Numbered from the stretch's first letter, positions 28,534 to 40,578 are shown. The stretch is DNA of 64,000 nucleotides from an uncultured Spirochaetota bacterium (GCA_963845535.1 CAWJSK010000021.1:32001-96000); one strand, 5' to 3'. Program-made: numbers and translations. The notes: generated by a model not told the origin, from the sequence alone.

Positions 28534-29208
28534 TCAGCCCTCTCGTGGACCCCGACCGCTTCCCCCATTGCGCAGCCTCCCGACGGGAAGTCCCCAGTCG
28601 CGCTCCAACTCCGTTGCCGCCTCATCAGGGGAGCGGAATACCGTTGCGTTTATTCCGACCGCGCGGGCGCCCTCCGCGTTCTCCGCAACGTCGTCGAGGA
28701 AAATGCATTCTTCCGGGGTCGCGCCGAGCTTCTGAAGGCACAGACGATATATGGAGGGTTCCGGTTTGACCAGAAGGTGCTCGCAGGAGAACACTGCCAC
28801 ATCGAAATCAGAGATCCATCGGAACTGCCCGTCCGCCTGCATGAACTTCAGCTTCTCTGAGGGCATGTTTGAAAGGATGCCCGTAAGGTAGCCGGCGTCG
28901 CGAAGCTCGTAGGACCAGTCCACCACCCTCTGGTTGACCCGGGACCATCCCAGTGCGTCCTCCCGCTCGATCTGCGCCAGGAGGGCGGGCGTTGCCGTCA
29001 CGCCGCCCGCCGCGAAGAGGCGGCGCCAGTATTCACCCGTGTCGAGCGTGCCCCGATCCAGCTCCGTCCTGTCACGCCGGTAGGCCTCATAGAACTCGGC
29101 CTTCGGGAGACGCGTCAGGGCCATCATGGCGGCTTCCCGTTCGGGATCAAGAGGCAGACCGAGAACTCCCCCGTAGTCGAAAATGACCGTCGTCAGCTTT
29201 GGTTTCAA
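28534..29208 (-). CDS. HAD-family hydrolase
   Basis: IFDYGGV, LSN, KPEPSIY and FLDD motifs. Confidence 0.9.
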   Translation of the reverse strand: MKPKLTTVIFDYGGVLGLPLDPEREAAMMALTRLPKAEFYEAYRRDRTELDRGTLDTGEYWRRLFAAGGVTATPALLAQIEREDALGWSRVNQRVVDWSYELRDAGYLTGILSNMPSEKLKFMQADGQFRWISDFDVAVFSCEHLLVKPEPSIYRLCLQKLGATPEECIFLDDVAENAEGARAVGINATVFRSPDEAATELERDWGLPVGRLRNGGSGRGPREG

Positions 29209-29272
29209 GACGTGGAAAACTTAGTGAAAGTAGCCCATCGTGGCAAGACGGGTGAATCCCTGCGTCGGGCTG

Positions 29273-29623
29273 CTATTCGACGACGTACTCTGGCCGCAGG
29301 GGGGCAAAGCACTCGATGACCTCGCTGTCCTCGAGCACCTCCGCGCCGTGCTTCTCATCCGGGGAAAAGCAGTAGCCGGTTCCCGCCTCCGCAATGAACC
29401 CATCCCCGGCTTCCTTCGTCATGTGGAGCCTGCCGCGGATGACGTACCCGTTCTGCGCCGCGACATGCGAATGCAGCGGGATCCGCGCGCCCTTCTTCAT
29501 CGTGTAATGACAGACCATGAGTTGGTCGTTGTACGCGAGGGTGGCGCGAAAAACTCCCGCGGGATTCTCCACAAGCGTGGTTTCCTTTCCTCGGGCAATA
29601 CGGCGGACCTGGTGTTCTGGCAT
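29273..29623 (-). CDS. Cupin-domain protein
   Basis: PLHSH..Q.GYVIRG and P..KHG cupin motifs. Confidence 0.88.
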   Translation of the reverse strand: MPEHQVRRIARGKETTLVENPAGVFRATLAYNDQLMVCHYTMKKGARIPLHSHVAAQNGYVIRGRLHMTKEAGDGFIAEAGTGYCFSPDEKHGAEVLEDSEVIECFAPLRPEYVVE

Positions 29624-29799
29624 GCGGGGATGATAGTGCGGCGCAGCGCGTGTTTCAATCCCGGTGCTCGCGGCGGTATCGCGGCGGGCGCTTCCTTCAC
29701 GCGTTTCGGGCCGTTCTTAGCGCCTTCCTAGCACAAACCCGCTGAAATTTAACGCCCTTGAAATAGGCGAACAGCCCGACGCCACGCTACCCTGAACGC

Positions 29800-29889
29800 A
29801 TGAGTATCCAATTGGTCGTTGCCGGCCTGTTAGGCGTATTCCTCCTTTTCTACCTCGTCTACTCGATTGTGCGCCCGGACAAGTTCTAG
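29800..29889 (+). CDS. kdpF: K+-transporting ATPase subunit F (29 aa)
   Basis: Manual translation MSIQLVVAGLLGVFLLFYLVYSIVRPDKF matches the YL.Y.L..PE(K/R)F signature. Ends 9 bp before kdpA. Confidence 0.9.
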   Translation: MSIQLVVAGLLGVFLLFYLVYSIVRPDKF

Positions 29890-29898
29890 GAGAAAATC

Positions 29899-31626
29899 AT
29901 GAGCGCAGCAAACTGGATGCAACTGATCGTGTACCTCGGGGTCCTCTTTGCCCTGGCCCCTTTTCTGGGGAAGTACATGGCCCGGGTCTATGGCGATGAG
30001 AAGCACATCCTTTCGTTCCTCAAGCCCCTGGAGAGAGGGATCTACAAGATCTCGGGGATCGACCCTCGCCAGCAGATGAACTGGAAGCAATATGCGGGCG
30101 CGCTCCTTGCGCTGAACATCCTGGGCTTCCTGTTCCTTTACCTGATGCTCGTGACGCAGAAGTGGCTGCCGCTCAACCAGGCAAAGATCGACAACATGTC
30201 CTGGCACCTGGCCCTCAACACGGCCGTCAGCTTCATGACGAATACCAATTGGCAGAACTACGGCGGGGAGAACGCCGCAAGCTACCTCTCGCAGATGGCG
30301 GGGTTGGCGGTGCAGAACTTCTTGAGCGCTGCCACGGGCATGGCCGCGCTGCTCGTCCTGGTTCGGGGAATCATCAACAAGCCAGGGAACGGCACCTCCA
30401 GCCCTCAGCCGGGGGAAATGAACCGGGTCCTTTTGGGCAACTTCTGGGTCGACCTCACACGGTCCACTCTTTACATCCTTCTGCCGCTTTCCATCATCCT
30501 CGCGGTGCTCCTGATGTCGCAGGGGGTCATCCAGACGTTCGCCGGCCCCGTCCACGCGGTCACGCTGGAAGGGAAGGACCAGGTCATCGCGCTGGGACCC
30601 GCCGCGTCGCAGATCGCAATCAAGCAGCTCGGGACAAACGGGGGCGGTTTTTTCAACGCCAACTCTGCGTATCCATTCGAGAACCCCACGCCTCTTTCCA
30701 ACCTGTTCGAGATGCTGGCCATTCTCCTGATCCCGGTAGCCACGCCGTTTGCCTACGGACGAATGGTGAGAGACAGGAGCCAGGGCCACGCCCTGTTTGC
30801 GGCAAAGACCGTGCTCTTCGCCATCGGTCTCGTGGTGATCCTCTTTGCCGAATACGGCTTCAACGGGATGACCGGCGGTCACGGCACCATGGAGGGAAGG
30901 GAAACGCGCTTCGGCATCGCCGGCAGCGCCCTGTGGGCCGAAGCCACAACGGTGACATCCAACGGCTCGGTCAACTCGATGCATGACAGCTTCTCCCCGC
31001 TCGGCGGCATGGTGCCGCTCACCAACATCCTGCTGGGTGAAATCATCTACGGAGGGGTGGGATGCGGCATGTACGGCATGCTCGTGTTCCTTTTCATCAC
31101 GGTCTTCATCGCGGGGCTCATGGTAGGGAGGACCCCTGAGTACCTGGGCAAGAAAATTGAGTCGCGTGAAATGCAGCTTTCGGTCCTTGCCGTCATTGGA
31201 CAGACGTGCACCGTCCTGTTCCTGGCCGCCGCGGGAGTTGCCACGAAGACGGGGCTCTCCAGCCTCAACAACCAGGGCCCGCACGGGCTCACGGAGATCC
31301 TCTACTTGTTCGGTTCCAGCGTCGGGAACAACGGAAGCGCTTTTGCGGGGATCAACGGCAACACCGTCTTCTACAACACGCTCGGCGCTTTTGCAATGCT
31401 CGTCGGCCGCTTCGTGCTTCTGATCCCGGTCTTCGCGATCTCCGGCAGCCTTGGCGCAAAGGTGCCCATCCCGGCAAGCGTCGGGACGTTCGCGACGAAC
31501 AACACGATCTTCGTGGTGCTCCTGGTCATCACCATCATCATCATTGCGGGGCTGAACTTCTTCCCCGCCCTGACCCTCGGGCCCATCGTTGAACATTACC
31601 TGGCCCTCAAGGGCATGGTTTTCTAA
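29899..31626 (+). CDS. kdpA: K+-transporting ATPase subunit A
   Basis: NTNWQNY, KQLGTNGGG, SNGSVN and NNGSAFAG motifs. Confidence 0.97.
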   Translation: MSAANWMQLIVYLGVLFALAPFLGKYMARVYGDEKHILSFLKPLERGIYKISGIDPRQQMNWKQYAGALLALNILGFLFLYLMLVTQKWLPLNQAKIDNMSWHLALNTAVSFMTNTNWQNYGGENAASYLSQMAGLAVQNFLSAATGMAALLVLVRGIINKPGNGTSSPQPGEMNRVLLGNFWVDLTRSTLYILLPLSIILAVLLMSQGVIQTFAGPVHAVTLEGKDQVIALGPAASQIAIKQLGTNGGGFFNANSAYPFENPTPLSNLFEMLAILLIPVATPFAYGRMVRDRSQGHALFAAKTVLFAIGLVVILFAEYGFNGMTGGHGTMEGRETRFGIAGSALWAEATTVTSNGSVNSMHDSFSPLGGMVPLTNILLGEIIYGGVGCGMYGMLVFLFITVFIAGLMVGRTPEYLGKKIESREMQLSVLAVIGQTCTVLFLAAAGVATKTGLSSLNNQGPHGLTEILYLFGSSVGNNGSAFAGINGNTVFYNTLGAFAMLVGRFVLLIPVFAISGSLGAKVPIPASVGTFATNNTIFVVLLVITIIIIAGLNFFPALTLGPIVEHYLALKGMVF

Positions 31627-31652
31627 AAGGCTCGTTGCCCCGGAGAACTGAC

Positions 31653-33729
31653 ATGAGACAAGAAATCAAACTGGCAAGCCTTCCTGTCCTGACCCGCGCC
31701 GTGGGGATGGCGTTCAAGAAGCTCGACCCGCGCGTGGAGATCAGGAACCCGGTCATGTTCATGGTCTGGATCGGCTCGGTATTCATTTCCGTCGTATACA
31801 TCGTGGACGCATTCCACGGGGTATTCAACGGGTTCAACCTCCAGATCGCCATCTGGCTGTGGTTTACGGTCCTTTTTGCCAACTTCTCCGAGTCGCTTGC
31901 TGAGATCCAGGGGAAAGCCAGGGCGGATTCGCTGCGCGCCATGAGGACCAAGACCATTGCGCGCCGTCTCCTGAACGGCGACGGCAAGGAAGAGAAAGTG
32001 CGCCTCCGCCGAGCTGCGCCTCGGTGACCGCGTGGTCTGCGAATCCGGAGACGTCATTCCCGGCGACGGGGAAGTGGTCCAGGGGATAGCGAGCGTCGAC
32101 GAGTCGGCAATCACAGGGGAGTCGGCCCCCGTCATTCGCGAATCAGGCGGGGACAGGAGCGCCGTCACGGGCGGCACCCGCGTCATCAGTGACCGGATCA
32201 TCGTACGCATTACGGCGGAGCAGGGAAAGACCTTCGTGGACCGCTTGATAGGGCTCGTGGAGAACGCCACGCGGCAGAAGACCCCAGGGGAGATTGCGCT
32301 CCTCATCCTCCTGTCCGCGTTCTCCATCATCTTCCTGGCCGCGGTCGGCACGCTGTGGTTTTTTGCGGACTACAGCGCCAAACAGTCGGGAAGCCCGGTC
32401 TTCATCACCACCGCCGTTCTGTTTGCCCTCCTGGTATGCTTGATTCCCACAACCATCGGCGGGCTTCTCTCAGCCATCGGGATCTCCAGCGTGAGCCGGC
32501 TCATCAAGAAGAACGTCCTTGCCTTGAGCGGACGGGCAGTGGACGCCGCGGGGGACATCGACGTGATGCTTCTGGACAAGACGGGGACGGTGACGATGGG
32601 GAACCGCATGGCGGCGGCGTTCTTCCCGGCAAAAGGGCGCACGGAAGCCGGCGTGGCGGAAGCCGCCCTGCTTGCATCCCTGCCGGATGAGACGCCGGAG
32701 GGCCGGTCAATCGTCAACCTTGCGCGGAAAGACTACGCGGTGAAGGCTTCGAGCTTCCAGGACATCGGCGGACGCTTCGTGCCGTTCTCAGCAAAGACGC
32801 GCATGAGCGGATTGGACTTCGATGACGAGCGCATGTGCATCAGGAAAGGCGCCGCGGAGGCCGTCAAGGAATGGGTGTCTGCCGGAGGGGGCCGGTTCCC
32901 GGCGGAAATCGACACGGAAGTGAAGCGGATATCCGCGGAGGGCGGCACCCCGCTCGTCGTGGCCCGAGGGAGCGAGGTCCTGGGCGTGGTCTACCTCAAG
33001 GACGTCGTGAAAGGCGGCATCAAGGACCGGCTTGCGCACCTGCGACAGATGGGGATCCGCTCCATCATGATAACAGGGGACAACCCGCTCACCGCCGCCA
33101 CCATTGCCGCCGAAGCAGGCGTGGACGACTTCATTGCGGAAGCGACACCGCAGGCGAAGCTTGAGCGGATCAGGGACGAGCAGAAGGCCGGGCACCTTGT
33201 CGCCATGATTGGCGACGGCACCAACGACGCCCCTGCGCTCGCGCAGGCGGACGTGGGCGTGGCAATGAGCTCGGGCACGCAGGTGGCCCGCGAGGCGGGC
33301 AACATGGTGGACCTGGACTCCAACCCGACGAAGCTCATCGACATTGTCGAGGTGGGCAAGGAACAGCTCATAACACGAGGGGCGTTGACCACGTTCAGCA
33401 TTGCCAACGACGTGGCGAAGTTCTTCGCCATCCTGCCGGCGATGTTCGTGACGCTGTACGCGGTGAAGGGGGCAACGGGACCGCTCTGGGCGCTGAACGT
33501 CATGCGGCTCGCCTCTCCACAGAGCGCCGTGCTTTCCGCGGTCATCTTCAACGCCCTGATAATCGTTGCCCTGATACCCCTTGCGCTGCGCGGTGTGCGC
33601 TACCGGGCAATCGGGGCCACGCGCATCTTGCGGAGGAACCTCCTTGTCTACGGGCTTGGCGGGATCGTTGCCCCGTTCATCGGGATCAAGGCAATCGACC
33701 TGCTCGTGCACCTCCTTGGTCTGGCGTGA
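31653..33729 (+). CDS. kdpB: K+-transporting ATPase subunit B, with an apparent extra base near 32001
   Basis: NPVMF and [13 protein letters not shown] in the first frame. TGES, IPTTIG, DKTGT, KGA and GDGTND in the second. Confidence 0.94.
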
Positions 33730-33741
33730 GAGGGAAGAAAA

Positions 33742-34311
33742 ATGAAACCAATCAGGACTGCAATCATCGTCTTTGTGTTCTGGACCATTGTGGTTGGCGG
33801 GATCTATCCGTTGCTGATGACAGGCGTCGGTGCGGCGCTGTTCCCCCGGAAGGTCCAGGGGAGCCTGGTGAGCCAGGGCGGAAAACTCGTCGGCTCGGCG
33901 CTCCTTGCCCAGGACTTCCAGAGTGACGTCTACTTCCATCCCCGGCCGTCCGCGGTGAAGTATGACCCGACGAACTCCGGCGCCAGCAACTGGGGCTGGA
34001 CGAGCTCTGATCTGAAGAAGGCGTACGACCAGCGCAAGAGCGACTGGCAGAAGGCGTACGGTCCCGGGGACCCTCCCATGGACATGCTGTTCGCCTCCGC
34101 CAGCGGGCTCGACCCTCAGATCAGCCCGGAGTCGGCGGAGATCCAGGCAAAGAGAGTGGCGGCCGCGAGGCACCTCGATGCGCAAAAGACCTCGCAGCTT
34201 CTCACTCTGGTGCAGAGCTTCGAGCAAGGGCCGCAGCTGGGCTTTCTGGGCGAGCCTCGGGTGAACGTGCTTGCGCTCAACGTGGCCCTGGACAAGGAGT
34301 TCCCAAAATAG
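33742..34311 (+). CDS. kdpC: K+-transporting ATPase subunit C
   Basis: YFHPRPSA, SGASN, SASGLDPQIS and RVNVLALN motifs. Confidence 0.96.
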   Translation: MKPIRTAIIVFVFWTIVVGGIYPLLMTGVGAALFPRKVQGSLVSQGGKLVGSALLAQDFQSDVYFHPRPSAVKYDPTNSGASNWGWTSSDLKKAYDQRKSDWQKAYGPGDPPMDMLFASASGLDPQISPESAEIQAKRVAAARHLDAQKTSQLLTLVQSFEQGPQLGFLGEPRVNVLALNVALDKEFPK

Positions 34312-34354
34312 GGAAGCGGTGAGATACTCGCGGTGATGCGCATCGGAGCCTCCC

Positions 34355-37050
34355 ATGTCGGATGACCAACGCCCAGATCCCGATGTCCTGCTCCGTGCGG
34401 TGGAAAAGGAGCGGGAGGGCAAGGGAAAGCTCAAGGTTTTTTTCGGCATGGCTGCCGGGGTGGGCAAGACGTACTCCATGCTGAAGGAAGCCCGGCAAAA
34501 ACAGACCGAGGGGATCGATGTCGTCATTGGCTACCTGGAGAGCCACCAGAGGAAGGAGACGGAGGAGCTGGCTACGGTCTTCGAGACGGTCCCCAGGACG
34601 CGGCTGGACTACCGCGGGAAGGCCCTTGAGGAAATGGACCTGGATGCCGTGCTCAAGCGAAAGCCGGCGCTGGTGCTGGTGGATGAGCTGGCACACACAA
34701 ACGTGCCCGGCGTCAGGAATGAAAAGAGATACCAGGATGTCCTCGAGCTCATTGCCAAAGGGATCGACGTCTTCACGACGGTGAACGTGCAGCACCTGGA
34801 AAGCTTCGCCGACACGGTGGAGGAGATAGCCGGCATATGCCGTCCACGAACGGATCCCGGACTCCGTCTTCGACGCCGCGGACCAGGTGGTGCTGATCGA
34901 CATCTCTCCCGAAGAGCTCTTGAAGCGCCTGGCGGAGGGGAAGGTCTACCTCGGAGACGCCGCGCGCACGGCGGTGGAGAACTTTTTCAAGAAGAGCACG
35001 CTGACCGCGTTGCGCGAGATGTCCCTTCGCTACACTGCCCTCCTCGTGGATCACGAGCTTGCAAGCTTCGCGCAGGCAAGCGGAAGGGAAACCCCCGCCA
35101 AATCAGGGGACAGGCTCCTCGTGGCCATCAGCGCGAGCCCCAACTCGGCGCACCTCATTCGCTGGACCCGGCAGAGGGCTTTCAGCCTCAAGGCGGAATG
35201 GACGGCCCTTTTCATCGAGAGCGGCCAGGTCCTGACGGAGACGGCGCAGGAGAACCTCCGGAAGAACATGAACCTGGCCCGGCAGCTCGGCGCGGCGGTG
35301 GTCGAGCATCCCCGCGGAGGATGTCGCGGAAGCGGTGCTGCGCTACGCGCGGACAAACAACGTCTCCCAGATCGTTCTGGGCAAATCTGGCCTGAGCACG
35401 CGTCCGCGCTTCGGCAAGCGCTCCGTCACGGACAGAATCCTTGCCGACAGCGGGGATATCGACGTGGCCGTGGTCCAGGAAAAAGGCACCACGGTGGTCC
35501 ATACCCCCGCGAGGCTCACCGTGGTGCTGAAGACGCATTCCGCCACGTTTGCGCTCTCCCTGGCCCTCATCGGGGTCGTAACGATCATCAACCTTCTGGC
35601 GCTGCCGGAAGTGGGCTATCACACCGTGTCGATCCTCTACCTGCTCTCCGTGATCGCCATCGCCTTCTTTGCCACCCGGCGCGCCGTCATCATCAGCGCC
35701 GCGCTGAGCGCCGTGCTGTGGGATTACTTCTTCATTCCCCCGCGGTTCACGTTCGCCATCGGCAAGCTCGAAGACGCGCTCATGATCATCCTGTACTTCG
35801 TGACGGCGGCCGCGCTGGCCTTTCTCATGACGCGCCTTCGGACAAATCAGCGCATGCTTGCCGTGCGGGAGAGGCGGGTAACGCTCCTCTACAACTTCTC
35901 CCAGAACCTCTCGCACCTGCACAGCATCCCCGAGATCGCGCAGACGAGCATCGAGCGCATCTCGAAGTACTTCGAAGCCGAGTGCATCCTCTTCCTCAGG
36001 GACTCGGAGACAACCATTGAAAAGACGGTCAGGTCCCTGTCCGCGGTGGAGATCGACGACAAGGAGCTCGGCGTGGCCCAATGGTGTTTTGCCAACAGGA
36101 CGCCGTGCGGGAAGTACACCGACACGCTGGCGTTCGCCCGCTACCACTATGTTCCGCTCCTCACCCCTGATTCCACGGTCGGCGTCCTTGGCATCCGCAT
36201 CCCCGAGGGGCGGGCCTGGCCGCATGACCAGGACCAGTTCCTCCAGACCCTGGGGCGCAACCTTTCTCTTTCCATTGAAAGGGAGCTGCTGGCGGACGAG
36301 AACAGGAAGAACCTCATGGCCAGGGAATCCGAGAGGCTGGGAAGGGTCCTCCTGAACACGATCTCCCACGAGCTGCGAACGCCGCTCACGACAATCAAGG
36401 GGTCGGTCACCGCGCTCCAGGATGCGGCAACGGCGGAGGACAGGGACTCACGGTCAGCGCTGCTTTCCGAAACGCTCACCGCAACCGACCGCCTCAACTC
36501 CATCGTCGAGAACCTCCTCAGCATGACGCGCCTGGAATCCGGCATGCTGCGCCTTTCGAAATCCTCCAATGACATCTTCGACCTGGTGTCGGTCGTCGCG
36601 GATGCCATGCGCCGCCAGTCCAAGGATCATCCCCTCTCCATCAGGGTGGATGAGGACGTCCCGCTCGTGTCCCTGGACTTCATCCTCATGACCCAGGTCC
36701 TTACGAACATCCTCGTCAACACGACGCGCCACACTCCCCCCGGGACCTCGGTGGAGATCAGCGTGGAGCGAAAAGGCCGCGGCGTGAGGATCACCGTTAC
36801 CGATGCAGGACCGGGTGTCGCGCCGGAAGAGCTTCCCCACCTGTTCGACAGGTTCTTCCGCGGAAGCAAGGCTGCCGCGGGAGGCGTAGGCCTCGGCCTT
36901 TCCATCTGCAAGGGGATCGTGGAAGCTCACGGAGGGAAGATCACCGCGTACCTGAACCGCAAGGGCGGGCTGTCGGTCTCCATCTTCCTCCCGGACAGCG
37001 TCGTGGAAGGACAGGCGGAGGAAATGCCCGAAAGGGAGGTGATCTCGTGA
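34355..37050 (+). CDS. kdpD: Sensor kinase KdpD, with apparent extra bases near 34838 and 35304
   Basis: GMAAGVGKT and DELAHTN, then Usp, 4 TM, GAF and SHELRTPL. Spread over three consecutive frames. Confidence 0.92.
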
Positions 37051-37736
37051 CCTCCGTGCTCGTGATTGATGACGAAGTCCAGATCCGGAGACTCCTTCGG
37101 GTCAGCCTTGAAAAACAGGGGTACGCGGTCCACGAAGCGGGGACGGCATCCGACGGCCTCCAGATGGTGCTCGGAAAGAAGCCCGACATCGTGCTCCTGG
37201 ACCTGGGGCTCCCCGACAGGGACGGCGCGGATGCCCTTTCAGAGCTGCGGACGTGGTCCACGGTTCCCGTCATCGTGCTGTCTGTGCGAAACGCGGAAGA
37301 GGAGATCGTGAAATTGCTCGACGGGGGAGCGGATGATTATCTCATCAAGCCGTTCAATACCGGCGAGCTCGTGGCGCGCATCAAAGTGGCCATCCGCCAT
37401 CGGGCGCCCACGGAGACCCAGGAGCCTTTTTCCTCCGGCCGGCTCGTTGTGGACCTGATTTCACGCGAAGTGCGCGTGGACGGGGAGCAGGTGAAGCTCA
37501 CGCCGACCGAGTACGGACTGCTTCGGATCCTCGTGCAGCACGCCGGGCGCGTGGTCACCCACGGCCATGTCCTCCGCGAGCTCTGGGGCCCGAACGTCGA
37601 GCAGGACACCAATTACCTGCGCGTCTACGTCACGGGCCTCAGGAAGAAGATCGAGGAAAACCCGCACATGCCCCGGCTCATCATCACTGAGCCGGGCGTG
37701 GGCTACCGACTCATGGTGGTGGAGCCCGGGCAATAA
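37047..37736 (+). CDS. kdpE: Response regulator KdpE
   Basis: OmpR-type regulator with DLGLPD, LTPTEY, YLRVY and TEPGVGYR. Confidence 0.95.
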   Translation: MTSVLVIDDEVQIRRLLRVSLEKQGYAVHEAGTASDGLQMVLGKKPDIVLLDLGLPDRDGADALSELRTWSTVPVIVLSVRNAEEEIVKLLDGGADDYLIKPFNTGELVARIKVAIRHRAPTETQEPFSSGRLVVDLISREVRVDGEQVKLTPTEYGLLRILVQHAGRVVTHGHVLRELWGPNVEQDTNYLRVYVTGLRKKIEENPHMPRLIITEPGVGYRLMVVEPGQ

Positions 37737-37768
37737 CGCTTCCATGAGCGCAGGCGCGGTCAAAGGGC

Positions 37769-38341
37769 TTAGGGCGTGTAGACCACGCCGATGACCTTCG
37801 CCTCCTTATCCCCCGCGCTGTGGACGTGGTGGGGGACAATGCTGTCGTAGTAGATGCTGTCCCCCGGATGCAGGACGTAGGCGTCCCTTCCATACTCGAT
37901 CTCCACGTCGCCGGAAAGCACGAAGATGAACTCCTCCCCCTCATGGGTCGAAGCCTGCGCTTCCTTCGCGGAGGCGGCATGGATGTCGATCAGGAAAGGC
38001 TCCATGTGCCGCCCCGTCTTGTTCGCCGCCAGGGAGAAGAAATCCAGGTCGCTGTGGCTGGACCGCTCCCGGCCGGAGAACCGCACCACCGCCTCATGCG
38101 CGCCGGCGCGTGAGATGACCGGCCCCATCTGCTCCTGGTCGTCGAGGAACGTGCCCAGCCGCACGCCGAGAGCGCGGGCTATCCTGATGAGAGGGCTCAA
38201 GGACGGAATGAGCGCCCCCGACTCGATCTGCCCCACATGGCCCGCGTCGAGGTCAGCCCTGTCCGCAAGCTGTTCGATCGACATGCTCCTGGATTCCCGT
38301 ATTGAACGGACCTTCTCTCCCAGCGCATTCCTGTCGGTCAC
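37769..38341 (-). CDS. XRE-family HTH/cupin transcriptional regulator
   Basis: N-terminal HTH and HEGEEFIFVLSG...GDSIYYDS.VPH. Confidence 0.92.
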   Translation of the reverse strand: MTDRNALGEKVRSIRESRSMSIEQLADRADLDAGHVGQIESGALIPSLSPLIRIARALGVRLGTFLDDQEQMGPVISRAGAHEAVVRFSGRERSSHSDLDFFSLAANKTGRHMEPFLIDIHAASAKEAQASTHEGEEFIFVLSGDVEIEYGRDAYVLHPGDSIYYDSIVPHHVHSAGDKEAKVIGVVYTP

Positions 38342-38344
38342 AAC

Positions 38345-39508
38345 TCACCTCCCGATCATGGGCGCCACGAGGAGCCCGATCCCGTACGTGATGGCGGCCT
38401 CCCCGAGGCCAATCAGCATCATCTCCAGCCCGCTCCTCCACCACCTGCGGCCGGTGACCACCACTTTGGCCGCGCCGACGGCGAAGTGCGCCAGCGTGCT
38501 GACCACGAAGCTGATGAGAAGCGCCGATGTACCGGTGGTGAAGACGTAGGGAAGAACGGGCACTGCCGCGCCGACGGCCGTGGCCGCGGTTGCGCTGACC
38601 GCGGAGCGCCACGGGTTGGGGAACGCCTGCTCGGAAAGCCCCAGCTCCTCGTGGGCCAGCGTCTTCAGCATCTCCTCCGGGTTCTGCGCCATGCGCGCCG
38701 CCATGGCGTCCGCTTCCGTTTCGCTGAAACCTTTGAGCTGGTAGAACAAGGACAGCTCCTGCTGCTCTTCCTCGGGATTGTCCTCGATCTCCATGCGCTC
38801 GCGGTTCATCTCCGCCTCATAGACTTCCTTCTGCGATTTGTCCGCAAGGTACGCACCGCTTCCCATGGAGAGAGCGGAGGCAACCATGGAGGCGAAGCCG
38901 CTCAAGAGAACGAACGAGCTGTTTACGTGAGTGGCGCCGGCAACGCCGCTGACGACGCCGAAGGCCGCTCCCAGGCCGTCGTTGATGCCGTAAATGGCCT
39001 GGCCGATCCAGCCGCCGCCGCGCACGTGTCGTTCCTTGCCGAGGATGCCTTGGAGCACGCGCATGGGCTGCGGCGCCTGCGGCGCCAGGGCTCCCATATC
39101 CGTGAGGACCTTGTCATGGGCGCGCTCCATCACCCCGGTCTCCTCGAACGCAATCCGGTCCTCCTCAGTCGGGGAGAGGGCCGCCAGCGTCTCATATCCG
39201 CCGTTTGCGCTGTCCTCCGCGGCCTCCATGACCTTCACCACGGCCTCGGGGCCCTTCTCCACCAGGGCCTTCCTGCGCGCTATTTCCGAGACGGTCTCCG
39301 TATACGTTCCCGGGTCCGCGCCCAGCTCGCGAAGCCGCTTCTCCCATCTCTCCGCGTGCTTCACCTCCTCCGCGGCCATACGGCGAAAGACGTCACGACG
39401 CTTCGGGTCCTTCTCATGTTCCGCGGCAGCCGCGTAGGTGAGGGCGCTGGATTTTTCATCCCGCCACGCTTTGCGAAGCTCATCGATGAACCGTTCCCGA
39501 TCACCCAT
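38345..39508 (-). CDS. Rubrerythrin/ferritin-like-VIT1/CCC1 metal transporter (MbfA-like)
   Basis: E..Y and EEVKH di-iron helices, [15 protein letters not shown] and EEL motifs. GGAGG RBS. Confidence 0.88.
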   Translation of the reverse strand: MGDRERFIDELRKAWRDEKSSALTYAAAAEHEKDPKRRDVFRRMAAEEVKHAERWEKRLRELGADPGTYTETVSEIARRKALVEKGPEAVVKVMEAAEDSANGGYETLAALSPTEEDRIAFEETGVMERAHDKVLTDMGALAPQAPQPMRVLQGILGKERHVRGGGWIGQAIYGINDGLGAAFGVVSGVAGATHVNSSFVLLSGFASMVASALSMGSGAYLADKSQKEVYEAEMNRERMEIEDNPEEEQQELSLFYQLKGFSETEADAMAARMAQNPEEMLKTLAHEELGLSEQAFPNPWRSAVSATAATAVGAAVPVLPYVFTTGTSALLISFVVSTLAHFAVGAAKVVVTGRRWWRSGLEMMLIGLGEAAITYGIGLLVAPMIGR

Positions 39509-39657
39509 GTGAACCTCCGGAGTCAAAGACTGAAGAGAACCATGCCCGCCCGCCGGAGCATAGCCGCCCCTGGGTACGGCGTCAACGCGGAAGGCGTGGC
39601 GGAAGGCGTGAGCCTCCCCCACCTGAGCTCGCCACAAAGGTGTATAGTGACGGGGCT

Positions 39658-40536
39658 ATGATGAAAATCCAGGTGAAGCGTTTCCGCGCGAGCAAAGGCC
39701 AAAAGATCGACCTGAAAAAGTGGCCCACCTCCGTCCCTCCCGTGTACGGCTCGAAAAAGGAATACCAGAATCTCATTGACGATCAGGTCCAGGCCTTGAG
39801 CTCGCTTCAGGACGTCCACTATGCCTCCGGGCGCACCGCGGCGCTGTTCATCTTCCAGGCCATGGACGCCGCCGGGAAGGACGGCACCATACGGCACGTG
39901 ATGTCCGGGGTCAATCCGCAGGGTTGCCAGGTCTTCAGCTTCAAGCAGCCCAGCGCGGAGGAGTTGCAGCACGACTTTCTCTGGCGCACGACACGATGCC
40001 TGCCCGAACGAGGACGGATCGGCATCTTCAACCGTTCCTATTACGAGGAAGTCCTGATTGTGCGGGTGCATCCCGAGCTTCTCCGAGCCCAGGGGATTAC
40101 CCAGGAGGGCGCTGCCGACGACTCGTTCTGGAAAGGGCGCTACCGGTCCATCGCGCAATTCGAAAGCCACCTCCATCGAAACGGGACGCACGTCGTGAAG
40201 TTCTTTCTTCACCTCTCCCGGGAGGAACAGAGGAAGCGCTTCCTTCAGCGCATCGATGATCCGCAAAAGAACTGGAAGTTCAGCGAGGCGGACATCAAGG
40301 AGAGGAAATACTGGAAGGACTACATGTCCGCCTACGAGGACTGCATCACGGAGACGAGCACGGACAAGGCGCCCTGGTACATCATTCCCGCTGACGACAA
40401 GGAGAACGCGAGACTCATCGTTTCACGGATTGCCGTCGAAACGCTCTCGGGGCTGAAAGCGGCCTATCCCACAACGCCGCCTGAAAGAAAAGAGGAGCTG
40501 GAATCCTTCCGCGCGCTCCTGGAAAAAGAGCCGTAG
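39658..40536 (+). CDS. ppk2: Polyphosphate kinase 2 family (class III-like)
   Basis: [28 protein letters not shown] and [11 protein letters not shown] motifs. Confidence 0.93.
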   Translation: MMKIQVKRFRASKGQKIDLKKWPTSVPPVYGSKKEYQNLIDDQVQALSSLQDVHYASGRTAALFIFQAMDAAGKDGTIRHVMSGVNPQGCQVFSFKQPSAEELQHDFLWRTTRCLPERGRIGIFNRSYYEEVLIVRVHPELLRAQGITQEGAADDSFWKGRYRSIAQFESHLHRNGTHVVKFFLHLSREEQRKRFLQRIDDPQKNWKFSEADIKERKYWKDYMSAYEDCITETSTDKAPWYIIPADDKENARLIVSRIAVETLSGLKAAYPTTPPERKEELESFRALLEKEP

Positions 40537-40578
40537 GAGACCAGGGAACCGGCGCGCCCGTTGCAGCCCCGTGCGCGC

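Noticed and set aside
29830..34527. Long antisense ORFs (588 aa and 579 aa) over the kdp genes, and similar shadows elsewhere
   Set aside because: Typical high-GC antisense open frames opposite well-supported genes.
31990..35320. Programmed frameshifting in kdpB and kdpD
   Set aside because: No slippery heptamers, and similar single-base indels are scattered across unrelated genes.
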